The notes: generated from the letters alone by a model not told the origin. 64,000 nt of DNA from Schmidtea polychroa (GCA_044892525.1 CM097885.1:13022001-13086000), one strand, 5' to 3'; shown: positions 1 through 10,780, counted from the first letter of the stretch. Program-made: numbers and translations.

Positions 1-176
1 GGAAATAGAAAAAAGATTGAAAGGTATTTTCGGGAAGAACATTGCTAAATTCCAGGAGATTGACAAGATAGTCGAAAATTTTTTCATTAAATACATTATT
101 TGCAGCAAAAGGCTTAAATTATCTTTTTATTGTTTTAAATAATAAATACTGCTACCAAGAAATCATCACTTTATAC

Positions 177-333
<157 letters not shown>

Positions 334-1240
334 ATATTTATTATTATTATTGTCGGGCTGAAACCGAGAACTGAGAGTTTGTTTTAATCGATCAAAAATA
401 CCTAACACAAAAACCGCCAATTTGAAAAAATTTATGATCAAGGTCTAATATAGAATAAATAAAATAAACATTAAGAATCAATAAACCCCGTATAATAGAA
501 TAAAGAGATAAATAAATGTAACAAAAAAATTGAACACAAAAAAATTTTTTTCGATAGGAAAATAATAAAATGTAAAATAGAATTATTTGAAAATTATTTA
601 AACGATATAAAAATTAAATCGTCAAAATAATAAAATTAGTTAACATTATGTAAATTGTTAAATTTATAGAATTAAATGGTTAGAATTATGTAACTTATTA
701 AATTTAAAGAATAAAAGTGTTTAAATTAATAAAAATTAATATAACTCAAATTATTTAAATTATAAAATTTATAAAATTAAAATTAATAAAAATTAAATAA
801 TTAATTAATTAAATTAATGAAATTAAAAACAAATAAATAATTGCACACACTCATGCATGTATGCAAAATTAAGTCAAAATTTCTCGCACTCTGATTGGAT
901 AGAGTGACAGCGCATGCATGAATGCGCATTCAAAATCAGTATAAATACTGATCACAAATTCATTTGAAAAACTTTTTTTTCCAGCACCACAATGTAATTT
1001 GCAGACAGTAAAGCTCTCAGTTTTCGATTTTATGCCATCGTGGATTTGGTAATTTATTTTTTATTCTTATTGTAATTTTTACGAAGTGTTTTAATTAATA
1101 AATTTTATATGCAATTAATGTCTCAGTTAAATTTTCTTTTGTTGTCCTTTTTAATGGTTTAATTTCATTTAGTTTCAAGTTTTAAATAATAGTTTTTATT
1201 GAGTTCAATTATATTATTTATTGGTTGTAAACGATGGTGC

Positions 1241-1378
1241 CGTGGAATTGAGATCCAGCATATCATGGTTTGGGGTACCTCCGGGATGCTCAGACTGGTG
1301 GGTATGCTGGTTTTTCAATCGCGCAGCTGATTTCGGGCCGAAATGTGGAGGCTTCTCCACGGGTCCGTCGCTGGAAGT
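1241..1378 (+). repeat. GC-rich dispersed repeat, homologous to 63602-63731 (minus)
   Basis: Shared core CGCAGCTGATT(T)CGGGCCGAAATGTGG.GGCTT..CACGGGTCCGTCGCTG. Confidence 0.75.
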
Positions 1379-1931
1379 ACTTGGGTCAAACATAGGTTAG
1401 GACTGAGAATACAGGCAGATCCCTGCTCAAATTTTTGAAGGACAATTTAAATATTATGGCAGGTGTGGATTAACTTGGAAATAAGGGCCGATCCCTGCTC
1501 AAATTTGTTTGCGAGATAGGTTAAATATTCATAAATATCAAGAAAATTACCTAGCAACCTTTATTAATAGAAACATATGGGCGCATCCCTGCACAAAATC
1601 TTGAAAGGAAACAATAGAAAACATCTAGAAATGAGGACCATAGCCGAATGAGATAGAAAAGTAGAAATAGAAAATGATCGATGACGTAAGACCTTCTATC
1701 GGCCGTCTAGAACCCGAAGAGAAAATACAATGGGGAGTAGTTTTAGAAATAGAGCTCACCTGCTCATTGTTTTTTCGCCTTTGTGTACAGTACCAACATG
1801 GTCGTCGCCATGGGTACACAAATGGTTTAAAGTACAATAGTCATGGAGGTGCTTAGGAAAGAATCGAGTGAATGCCTATGATTACCCCTAACGTATTTAA
1901 AATTTAAAATGACACACCCTTAAGTAACCAA

Positions 1932-2040
<109 letters not shown>

Positions 2041-2374
2041 AATAATATTATTATTATTATTATCATCATTATTGTTAGGGATAGGCCTGGAGCCTTAAAT
2101 TTAAAACAATAAAAAATTATTATATTTAGATATAGTGTAAATTCTACAGGCTAAAACAGCGTTGCTTGAAGCCAAGGTAGATCGTATTAAAGGGAATTGT
2201 TCTAACCATACTTAGATGAAATAAGCACAGGAGAAAATCAGGCTACTGGAATATTTTTTCTTCTTTCCCGTAGACAATGTAGCGCGTGTGTAATTGACCT
2301 ACTTTGAGTTACCAGGCCCTACTTTTAAAGTTTGACTGGCATTAAAATACTATGATTTTTAGAGAAAAGATTAT

Positions 2375-2703
2375 CTCAGTCTGCTTCGGTAGAATGTGAT
2401 GCGAGCACTATGAGAGAGGAGGTTCTTGTCCTTAAGTCTCGATGCTAACAGCGCAGCATTCGATGTTTACAACCTGAGATCACGAACAAGGTCATTAAGC
2501 TCATGTTGAGAAACGATGTGGAGCGTCATCGTTAGGAACAGATTCTTTTAATATTCATCTTCTTCAACATTGGAAGAAGATGAGAATTCTTCGTCACTCA
2601 TGCCGGAAAGATCATGAAATACAGGCACTTGAATCTCATCGCAGTGGAGCATAGGACGACGTACTGATTCCAGATCAGGATATTTGAGGCAGCTCCTGTT
2701 TTT
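2375..2703 (-). pseudogene. Degenerate DNA transposase fragment, probably Chapaev3/CMC-like
   Basis: Minus strand reads KYPDLESVRRPMLH..IQVP...FSQHELNDLVRDL.L*..AALLASRLKDKNLL..ITFYR and overlaps in sequence with the fragment at 34252-34280. Confidence 0.6.
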
Positions 2704-3142
2704 ACATATAAATAAAATAAAAGATAATAAATATAAATGGGCTCATAAAATCACCATTAAACATAATTAATTGCATTTGGGGCTTGACAATCTAAAACAC
2801 TACAAAAATGGTATATAACGGAACCGGGTTTAGACCCAACTGGATGTATCTCCACTCTTCAACTTATTATAATAAAAAATTCCAACCGCAAAAGCTCTGA
2901 CGATACACATAAAAATAAAAGAACTATTAGAACAGTTATAGGTTTTTAAGTAATTGCATAATTATATGCGCATTTATAAATTGAAAATTATATGAAAATT
3001 ATAAAATCTTTCTTAAGTCATGTAAATATTTATGGCTAAAATAAAATTGAAGTTCTTACAACGAGAATCTTTGATTTATTTGTTTTAAATTTCTTGAAAG
3101 AGATGTATTGAGAAAAGGAAATTTTTATTTGAAAGGGTAGCC

Positions 3143-4168
3143 AGTAGTATGATGTGGGCTCCCCAGACCATGGGCCCTCCAGACCACATATACCCCCTCC
3201 CCCCCGGGAAAATTTTTTTTTAAAAAATAAAAGGTCAAGGTCATTTATTATTTTTTTTTAATTTAATTTTTTGTTTTAATTAAGTGGTCTGGCGGGCTCC
3301 TACTTTTTTTCATCCAAAAAATTAATGTTCCCGCCAACGGATTTTATTGGACGATACATCATCTTAAAGCTCAGTCCAAGACCTTTCGAATGAGCTATAG
3401 GTATCTTATATATCTTTAATAGTTTTAATGTTATTAACAATTGATGACCACCATCTTTTCAACGTTAAATTATTATTATTTTCCAAAATATTATTAATTG
3501 GCCGGGAGGGCCCCTACTTTTTTTCATCCCAAAAATTAATGTTCCCACCAACAGATTTTATTAATCAAACACTTATTTTGAAGCTTAGTGCAAGACCTTT
3601 CGAATGAGCTATTGAAGGTATTATCATCATTAACATCAGCAAAGTTATTAACATTTTACCAAAAATCATTTTCAAGGTCATATAATTATTAAGTGGTCTG
3701 GCGGGCCCCTACTTTTTTTCATCCCAAAAGTTATCGTTCCCATTATCCGAATTTATTAATCGATAGCTTATTTTGAAGCTTAGTGCAAGATCTAACTATT
3801 GATATATAAATATTATTAATATAATTATTATTGGCAAAATTATTAACGTTTTCCCGAGACCATTTTCAAGGTCATTTATTTTTCAAAATATTATTATTTC
3901 CAAGGTCATTTATTTTTCAAGGTCATTTATTTTTCAAGGTCATTCCCAAGGTCATTTATTTTTCAAGGTCATTTATTTTTTCAAGGTCGGGTGACTCATA
4001 AAGGTCTTTTTTTTTCAAGGTCATTTTTTAATTTAAGTTTTTGTTTTAATTAAGTGATCATTAAATTTTTCAAGGTCATTTATTTTTTCAAAATATTATT
4101 TTTTTCAAAATATTATTTTTTCAAGGTCATTTATTTTTTCAAGGTCATTTATTATTATTATTATTATA

Positions 4169-4217
<49 letters not shown>

Positions 4218-4304
4218 ATCTATCCGACAAAATATTCTGTCCCCCTATGGGTACTGCACACAAATGTACTACTCACACTCAACAAGTCACAAGGGTACTG
4301 TTCA
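3143..4304 (+). repeat. Left terminal inverted repeat of the Polinton (~1.16 kb)
   Basis: Reverse complement of 18076-19237. Contains three ~200-bp sub-repeats (GGTCTGGCGGGC-CCTACTTTTTTT...), (T/C)CAAGGTCA arrays and a TTA tract. Confidence 0.93.
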
Positions 4305-4372
4305 CAAAGTTACTGGTAAAAATATTCAAGACAAAACTTTCTAAATTCTAAATATTATTCTTTAAATATACA

Positions 4373-4731
4373 CTAAAATTTATTAACACATTCACATTCA
4401 TCATCTCCACAGTTCATAACATTTTCAACAACATGATCTATACAATCCCTATATATACACGGTTCAGTATCTGTAAATTCCTCCATAGGTTCATCAATTT
4501 CTTGAATGCTTTCCTCATCATCTTGAGTGTTTTCTTCATCTGTTTCATCAAATTCCGAATCTTCACTCTCTGCTACCCAGTCTATATTTAATGCGTTTGT
4601 AACAGATAATATATCCTCCATTTTCACACCAGATATTTCTGCTAATTTTTCCAATAAAAAGTTTATTATAAATTCTAAATATTAAATAATTTGATAATTA
4701 ACTAATCATATTAACCTTTTTCTGTAGTCAT
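4373..4731 (-). CDS. Small acidic Polinton protein with Cys-rich C-terminus, probably 2 exons (4731-4716, 4674-4373)
   Basis: ATG ACT ACA GAA AAA G|GT at 4731-4714 and a 41-nt intron ending TTTAG at 4675 join in frame to the 93-aa ORF (MTTEKEFIINFLLEKLAEISG...). Function unknown. Confidence 0.55.
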
Positions 4732-4834
4732 TATTAGTATTTTAAAACTATAGTATATATTTGTTTATAGAAAATATAGAATATAAGCGAAAACAAATAT
4801 AACTAAATACATTTATTAAATACAACAACATTTA

Positions 4835-5254
4835 TTAAAATAACTGTGAAAGTCTAGCAGACATAATTTTCCAAATTGGAGAATACACATCATTATTATC
4901 AACTTTATATCCTTGGATTGTAATTGTTATATACCAATTTTCGTTTTCTTTGAAGCTGATTTCATCAAAGGAATCATAAAATTTTGCATATCGGTTGTTG
5001 AAAAATGCATTTTGATTGCATGATAGATTCGTATTCAACCTTTTGAAAACATCATCTATGGTTTTAATATCTAACATTGAAAGCGTGCCGGTTAAGAATT
5101 GAAATTGGGTAGGAATTAGCTTGATCGGTGACACCAATTTCATATTGATTTCTTCTTTTAAAAAATACATTTTGTAGTTGTGGAACATTTGAACAGGTTG
5201 TACAAGTTCTGGAACTACTTTTGGTTTTTCAGTGCTTGAAATTTTCTTGGTCAT
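4835..5254 (-). CDS. Polinton accessory protein, 139 aa, unknown function
   Basis: Clean ATG-started ORF; TATAAAA (minus strand, ~5288-5295) and a CCAAT/ATTGG box at ~5317 lie upstream. Confidence 0.65.
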   Translation of the reverse strand: MTKKISSTEKPKVVPELVQPVQMFHNYKMYFLKEEINMKLVSPIKLIPTQFQFLTGTLSMLDIKTIDDVFKRLNTNLSCNQNAFFNNRYAKFYDSFDEISFKENENWYITITIQGYKVDNNDVYSPIWKIMSARLSQLF

Positions 5255-5362
5255 TGTGAATTATGATTAAAATGAAATGGTACAGGGTTTTTATACCTAT
5301 GACTATTGTTTATCATCCAATCAGATTGCAGTATGTTTTTGTTTTAATTGAATGATAAATAA

Positions 5363-5827
5363 TTAATTAAGTGATAATAAAAAATCTAAAAATTCTTTTC
5401 CTTCAATTATTGATTTAATTTCAGATATGATATTATCAACTATACATTTGTAATCAATATTTTTTATTCCAAGAATTTCTATCTTACCGCTAGCGAATAT
5501 ATTTACACACATAGGGTTATATTTTATATATCTCAAAGCTGGAAATAATTCTGGTTCATAAAAGCATGGTATTAATTTAGCTAATTTATTTAAATTACAA
5601 GAAAAACCTATATCGGAAGTTACGGTTATCGATTGTATTTCTAAATCATAAACATTATATTCACTAGCTTTGATTATTTCCTTACACCCCATAATTCTAC
5701 ATTTACCAGTTTTGAAATATATTATTGGATATTTATTACTTCTATTGATAAGTTGTTGTGGTTTCCCTATTGGAAATACCATTTTTGATACATCAGTTTT
5801 TGCCCTGTAATTTATATTTGAAAGCAT
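5363..5827 (-). CDS. TATA-binding-protein (TBP)-like protein encoded by the Polinton, 154 aa, intronless
   Basis: YEPELFPALRY...VNIFASGKIEILGIK matches TBP repeat 2 (YEPELFPGLIY...LLIFVSGKVVLTGAK). IIYFKTGKCRIMGCK matches repeat 1 (ALIFSSGKMVCTGAK). DLEIQSITVTSDI aligns with DFKIQNMVGSCDV. Confidence 0.88.
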   Translation of the reverse strand: MLSNINYRAKTDVSKMVFPIGKPQQLINRSNKYPIIYFKTGKCRIMGCKEIIKASEYNVYDLEIQSITVTSDIGFSCNLNKLAKLIPCFYEPELFPALRYIKYNPMCVNIFASGKIEILGIKNIDYKCIVDNIISEIKSIIEGKEFLDFLLSLN

Positions 5828-5931
5828 TTTAATGAAATAATTTTAAAAACTTTGATATATATAGGTATTTAAAAACAGAGTTCATTTAAATTATCAATAT
5901 AAACAATAATTATATAGTTTAAATTTAAAAA

Positions 5932-6570
5932 ATGGAATTACGAAATGATGCAGTATACCAAATCGTTGGTCCAAGTGGTAGCGGGAAAACTTTATTTGTT
6001 TGTAAATTACTAAAATCAAATTTGTTTAAAACAAAATTCAACAATATTTATTGGCATAGGGGCGCCGACGAAGAACACGGATTGACGCAATCAAGTTTCT
6101 GTCAGTTGAAAAACATGAAAATAGTAAAGGGCTTTGATAAAAACTGGTCAAGTCGTTTGAAGAAAGATGATGTCATCATTATCGATGATTTGTATCAAGA
6201 AGCCAATAAAGAAAAGGACTTTAATAATTTATTCACAAAAATCAGCAGACATGTTGGTGTAACAGTTATTTTCATAACACAAAATCTATTTCATCAAGGT
6301 GGAGCACATCGAACACGTAATTTAAATGTACAATATTTAGTTATTTTCAAGAATCCTAGAGATGCAACTGTCATTGATTTTCTTGGACGACAAGCATACC
6401 CTAATAACCGTAATTTTCTTATCAGTGCATTTCAAGATGCCACGAAAATACCGCATGGGTATATATTTCTCGATTTCACACAACAATGCCCTGATGATAT
6501 ACGCGTAAAAACAGATATTTTCAACCCAAAAGGTGCCATGGTATATAAACAAAGTTCAAAACAAAGTTGA
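5932..6570 (+). CDS. A32/FtsK-HerA-type genome packaging ATPase
   Basis: Walker A GPSGSGKT, Walker B IIIDD, and SRH...IFITQNLF motif typical of Polinton ATPases. Confidence 0.93.
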   Translation: MELRNDAVYQIVGPSGSGKTLFVCKLLKSNLFKTKFNNIYWHRGADEEHGLTQSSFCQLKNMKIVKGFDKNWSSRLKKDDVIIIDDLYQEANKEKDFNNLFTKISRHVGVTVIFITQNLFHQGGAHRTRNLNVQYLVIFKNPRDATVIDFLGRQAYPNNRNFLISAFQDATKIPHGYIFLDFTQQCPDDIRVKTDIFNPKGAMVYKQSSKQS

Positions 6571-6583
6571 AAACATATAAATC

Positions 6584-7072
6584 ATGTTTTCAAAAACAAG
6601 GATATCGGGTAAAAAACAACCAAAAGTTCCACCAACAACTAGTTATACTCCATCTAAAGAACTTATTACAGAAAATTTTCCTGCAATGAATCTTATTTCG
6701 AAAAATCCTAAACCTAAAAGTAAAACCACTAAGAAAGTAAAAGTTGTTAAAAATCATCGGAGTTTCCCGTTTTTCAATACATTGTTAAAGGCACCAAGTA
6801 TGAAAAGAAACAGTATTTTGCAATCATTTCCAAATTATGTTGTCGATGATTTACTCGATATTATACTTAAAGTAGTCAAAGGCAAGATTAAAATCAGTAA
6901 ATCTAAAAAGCAATTATTGAGTAAACATAGGAAACCTTTGCTATCATTAGTAAATAATAAAAATCGTCAACAAATGAGAAAAATTATATATAAACAACAA
7001 GGGGGATTTATCGGTGCATTGATACCTTTAGCAATATCATTATTAGGTGGAATAATAGGAAGTCGATCATAA
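6584..7072 (+). CDS. Basic core-like protein with C-terminal hydrophobic tail (adenovirus pX-like)
   Basis: Lys-rich body ending QQGG|FIGALIPLAISLLGGII, resembling the GG-cleaved hydrophobic tail of adenovirus pX. Confidence 0.6.
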   Translation: MFSKTRISGKKQPKVPPTTSYTPSKELITENFPAMNLISKNPKPKSKTTKKVKVVKNHRSFPFFNTLLKAPSMKRNSILQSFPNYVVDDLLDIILKVVKGKIKISKSKKQLLSKHRKPLLSLVNNKNRQQMRKIIYKQQGGFIGALIPLAISLLGGIIGSRS

Positions 7073-7133
7073 ACAATGGGTGCTAATCCTTCATTACCAG
7101 ACATTAAATTTAATATTAAATCTTCTTGTTGTA

Positions 7134-8192
7134 ATGGAGAAGATTTGGACGAACCCGGAAGACGAAGCCGGTTTTGGTGGAGTGGCAAAATTAAGGAAAA
7201 GAGTTCCGAATTCGAAAAAGGAAACTCAGAAGTGGTTATCAGACCAGCTTGCCTACAGTTTGAACAAACCAATGCGGAAACGATTCCCAACAAGAGCATA
7301 TAAAACATATGGAATAAATGATTTATGGCAAATGGATTTGATGGAGATGATACCCTATTCGAAAATTAACAATGGGTATAAATATATTTTAACATGTATT
7401 GATGTATTCAGTCGGTTTGCCCGAGCAATACCCGTCAAGGCAAAATCTGCAGATGAAATGTCTAAAGCTGTTAATCATTTATTTAAAGATGGACATCCTA
7501 AAAACTTGCAAACTGATTTAGGTATTAATATTATTATTTTTATTATTATTATTATTATTATTTTAGGTAAAGAATTCTACAACAGTAAAGTCAAGCAAAT
7601 CCTCAATAAATTGAAAATAAACCATTACTCAGTACATTCTCAATACAAAGCTGCTCATGTTGAAAGATTTAACCGAACTTTGAGAGATAGATTAAAGAAA
7701 TTATTCCTGCATCAAGGTAATAAAAAATGGGTATTGGTTTTACCAAAAATAATAACCAGTTATAATCACTCATCATATCAAGGACTGAATGGATTAAGGC
7801 CGATTGATATCACGTCAAAAACAATCTATTCTAAAAAACCTGAAAAAATTACAAAACCGAAATATAAAGTAGGTGACCATGTTAGAATTAGTAAAATTAG
7901 TGCATCACCATTTATTAAAAATTTCGATACAAATTGGAGTGATGAAGTCTTTGTAATTTCAAAAATAAATACTAAACAGAATCCTGTAATGTATGTCATC
8001 AAAGACAATGATAACAATATTGTACAAGGAAAATTTTATGAACAAGAATTACAAGTTATTCCTCCCCCAAAAGTATTTAGAATTCAGAAGATATTGAAAA
8101 CTAAAAAGGTCGGCAAGGATAAACAATACTATGTCAAATGGCATGGTTATCAAAACCCATCATGGATATCAGAAAAGGATCTAGTAAAGTGA
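7134..8192 (+). CDS. Retroviral-like DDE integrase with C-terminal chromodomain; 45-nt intron at 7522-7566
   Basis: WQMDL, CIDVFSRFA, QTDLG|KEF, VERFNRTL, PKYKVGDHVRI, and chromodomain YYVKWHGY...SW. The first ATG is at 7134; removing the GT..AG segment restores TDxGKEF. Confidence 0.95.
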   Translation: MEKIWTNPEDEAGFGGVAKLRKRVPNSKKETQKWLSDQLAYSLNKPMRKRFPTRAYKTYGINDLWQMDLMEMIPYSKINNGYKYILTCIDVFSRFARAIPVKAKSADEMSKAVNHLFKDGHPKNLQTDLGINIIIFIIIIIIILGKEFYNSKVKQILNKLKINHYSVHSQYKAAHVERFNRTLRDRLKKLFLHQGNKKWVLVLPKIITSYNHSSYQGLNGLRPIDITSKTIYSKKPEKITKPKYKVGDHVRISKISASPFIKNFDTNWSDEVFVISKINTKQNPVMYVIKDNDNNIVQGKFYEQELQVIPPPKVFRIQKILKTKKVGKDKQYYVKWHGYQNPSWISEKDLVK

Positions 8193-9205
8193 ATTTTTAT
8201 ACTATTTTACCAAGCAATAGTTGCCCGCTTATTCATCCAGATAATCAAGCCAGTAAATTCATGGTCAATCTCCAGAATCCGATTTCTTTAAATGGTGACT
8301 GGGAAGTTGCACTGCAAGATTTTACATTCGTGTACAATACATTCCCATTTTATAGTCAATGTAAGATTGATTTCAAAAGGAATGCTATGAAAACATGTAG
8401 TGGTATCTTTATTATCAGTAATTATGATAAAACATATCATATTCCGAATCAAATATTAGATCAGCATTGCTCTATGTTTTACAAGGATGGATTAAATATC
8501 AGTTGTGATTTTAAACCATTTACAATAACATTCGAATATATTGAAGATGCCAGACGAATGGGTTGCAATAAGTTGAAAAATGAAGTTATGGAAACAGATT
8601 ACTTATTACGCTTTGATCTATTTGAAGCAAACAGTGTAATGAGAGAAGAAATCAAAATTTCAGTGTCGTATAATAATGAAGTTGAAGAATCATTCACCTT
8701 CGCTGACGAATTATATATTGATAAACTTGATGTGTTACTTAAATATTTAAAGTACAATTGTTCACACATATTTAAAAGTTTGGACATTGTGAAAGATTTG
8801 TTATTTACCTTCAGTTTGAATGATGACATTTGCGAAGTTACATTTGATAAAAATTTGACAAATACACTTGGATTAGAGAAGCAACAATATCGGGAAAAAT
8901 CGGCTGGTATACGTAAACCAAGAATACTTGAACATCATCAACAAATGTCCATATATACTAATATGATTGAACCTATAATTGTTGGCGATTCCAGTGTTCC
9001 TCTATTGAAATCGGTATGGATTGGAAAATATGAACATGATGAAGTTGTCAATATAAATATAGATAATCCTATGTATTTACCAATTTCAAGCTCATGTATA
9101 AACAATATAGAAATAAATATTCGTGACGATAGTGGAAAACTTATAAACTTCCCAAAAGACTCAAAAACTCATTTGACACTACATTTTCGTAAAGTAGATG
9201 GCTAA
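8189..9205 (+). CDS. Minor capsid protein (penton-like)
   Basis: N-terminal FYTILPSNS...PDN...F.V.L...L.GDWEVAL and C-terminal IYTNMIEP..VGD...PLL, YLPI, IEINIRDDSG..I.F, LTLHFR. Start uncertain: GTG at 8189 overlapping the integrase stop, or ATG at 8138. Confidence 0.88.
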   Translation: MNFYTILPSNSCPLIHPDNQASKFMVNLQNPISLNGDWEVALQDFTFVYNTFPFYSQCKIDFKRNAMKTCSGIFIISNYDKTYHIPNQILDQHCSMFYKDGLNISCDFKPFTITFEYIEDARRMGCNKLKNEVMETDYLLRFDLFEANSVMREEIKISVSYNNEVEESFTFADELYIDKLDVLLKYLKYNCSHIFKSLDIVKDLLFTFSLNDDICEVTFDKNLTNTLGLEKQQYREKSAGIRKPRILEHHQQMSIYTNMIEPIIVGDSSVPLLKSVWIGKYEHDEVVNINIDNPMYLPISSSCINNIEINIRDDSGKLINFPKDSKTHLTLHFRKVDG

Positions 9206-9560
9206 TTCCGATATTATTAGTATGTATAGTGATAGCCAATCTGGTGGTGAATTACCATATTTTATCGGTAAACAGTACGGAACAGGTTGGTTAAAAACAA
9301 TAGGGAGATTTGCACTTCCTATTCTTAAACGTATTGGTAGTTTTGGCATGAAAACTGCTAAAGATGTGATTATGAATGAACAGAAAATATTACCATCTCT
9401 AAAAACAAATGCTTTAGCGGAGTTAGGGAAGGTTCTACCTGGAGTTGCTGGTATGTTTCAAAAAGATACGCCTACAGCCCCAGCTCCAAAACGTAAAGGA
9501 CATGGAATATCGCGTATAAACAAACGAATGAAAGGACATGGAACTATATTTGCAAAATGA
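9198..9560 (+). CDS. Small conserved Polinton virion protein with amphipathic helix (putative protease substrate)
   Basis: QSGGELPYF..KQYGTGWLKTIGRFALPILKRIG pattern, located between the two capsid genes, with a basic C-terminus. Confidence 0.7.
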   Translation: MANSDIISMYSDSQSGGELPYFIGKQYGTGWLKTIGRFALPILKRIGSFGMKTAKDVIMNEQKILPSLKTNALAELGKVLPGVAGMFQKDTPTAPAPKRKGHGISRINKRMKGHGTIFAK

Positions 9561-10780
9561 TTTGTGGTAAATCTGAATTATGTATATTTGATAGACCATC
9601 GCCCCAGGCTGTAATAGAATTTGGGGCCTTTGAGGAAGTTTTTCCTATGAATTCAATTACTGATAGTAGAAATGATATCGAGTTTTATATTAATGGTTCG
9701 CAAACTGAATATTTAGATTTGAACGATACTTTATTGACTGTTCAGATCAAAGTTGTAGATAAAGATAGAAAAGTTTTGGATGCCAATGCGGATGTATTAC
9801 CAAACAATTTCATGTTTCATACTCTGTTTAAAGATGCAGTGTTGGGATTTAATAATATCAAGATTGAGGGCGGAAATAATACATTCATTCACAAGGCTTT
9901 GATAGAAACTATTTTAAATTACAATTCAGATACTAAAAATACCTGTCTTACACCTATAGGTTATGCAGCAGCAGATGATGAAAGAAAAAAGTGGGTTAAA
10001 GGTTCAAAAGTATTCACTATGTGCTCATCATTACAACTTGATTTTATGGATCAACCGAAATATTTACTACCGGGAGTTAATGTACATATTAGATTGAAAA
10101 GGTCCGATTCTGCATTGTCTCTTACTAGTGCAACTGGTGCACCAATATGTCAATTAGTTGATGCAAAATTATTGGTGAGAAGAGTTCGAGTAGACCCGTC
10201 AGTATTAGCTGGTCATCAATTGGGTCTTAATTCAAAACATGCAATTTATCCTTTAAAAACAAAGGAAATTGTACAATTTGCTATTGCTAAAGGTGCTTCA
10301 TCATTCTATAAAGAACAAATATTTGGTGACAGAAGAATGCCTAATTTTATTCTGGTAACATTTCAAAGTGAAACGCAATATAATGGGTCTTATACTGCTT
10401 CCAGCTCAATTTTCAAAAACTTTGGTGTTACTTCATTGACTTTGTCGAAAAATACTGATTATAGAGAAACATATACTCAAGATTTCGAGAATGATAATTA
10501 CTGTGCGACATATATGCAGAGTATTGTTAGAAATCTTGGTTATTTAGATAAAAACTTGAATTGTGGAATAACTCTTGAAGAATTTAAAAGCAAATATCCA
10601 TTTTTCACATTTGTTTTAGCCCCCGATTTTGATTTAAATCAGAGTCAATTACCACAAAACGGAAATTTACGACTGGATATAAAGTTTGCAAAGGCCATTA
10701 CTGAACCAGTACATGTTATAATATATGGAGTATTTGAAAATGAAGTTCAGATTACTGCAAATAGAACCGTGCTAGTATAA
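9557..10780 (+). CDS. Major capsid protein (double jelly-roll)
   Basis: CGKSELCIF..P.PQ, IEFYI.G...YLDL..T.L.V, QPKYLLPGV...IRLKR, GNLRLDIKF and final ENEVQIT..R motifs of Polinton MCPs; intact 407-aa ORF. Confidence 0.92.
   Translation: MICGKSELCIFDRPSPQAVIEFGAFEEVFPMNSITDSRNDIEFYINGSQTEYLDLNDTLLTVQIKVVDKDRKVLDANADVLPNNFMFHTLFKDAVLGFNNIKIEGGNNTFIHKALIETILNYNSDTKNTCLTPIGYAAADDERKKWVKGSKVFTMCSSLQLDFMDQPKYLLPGVNVHIRLKRSDSALSLTSATGAPICQLVDAKLLVRRVRVDPSVLAGHQLGLNSKHAIYPLKTKEIVQFAIAKGASSFYKEQIFGDRRMPNFILVTFQSETQYNGSYTASSSIFKNFGVTSLTLSKNTDYRETYTQDFENDNYCATYMQSIVRNLGYLDKNLNCGITLEEFKSKYPFFTFVLAPDFDLNQSQLPQNGNLRLDIKFAKAITEPVHVIIYGVFENEVQITANRTVLV

Noticed and set aside
1320..1350. Possible hammerhead ribozyme (CTGA...GAAA) in the dispersed repeat
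   Set aside because: Lacks the CUGANGA core and I could not build the three stems.
7076..7308. Alternative-frame and antisense ORFs overlapping Polinton and hAT genes (e.g. 7076, 6967, 15478, 16404, 41018, 42209)
   Set aside because: Short shadows of long genuine ORFs with no motifs of their own.
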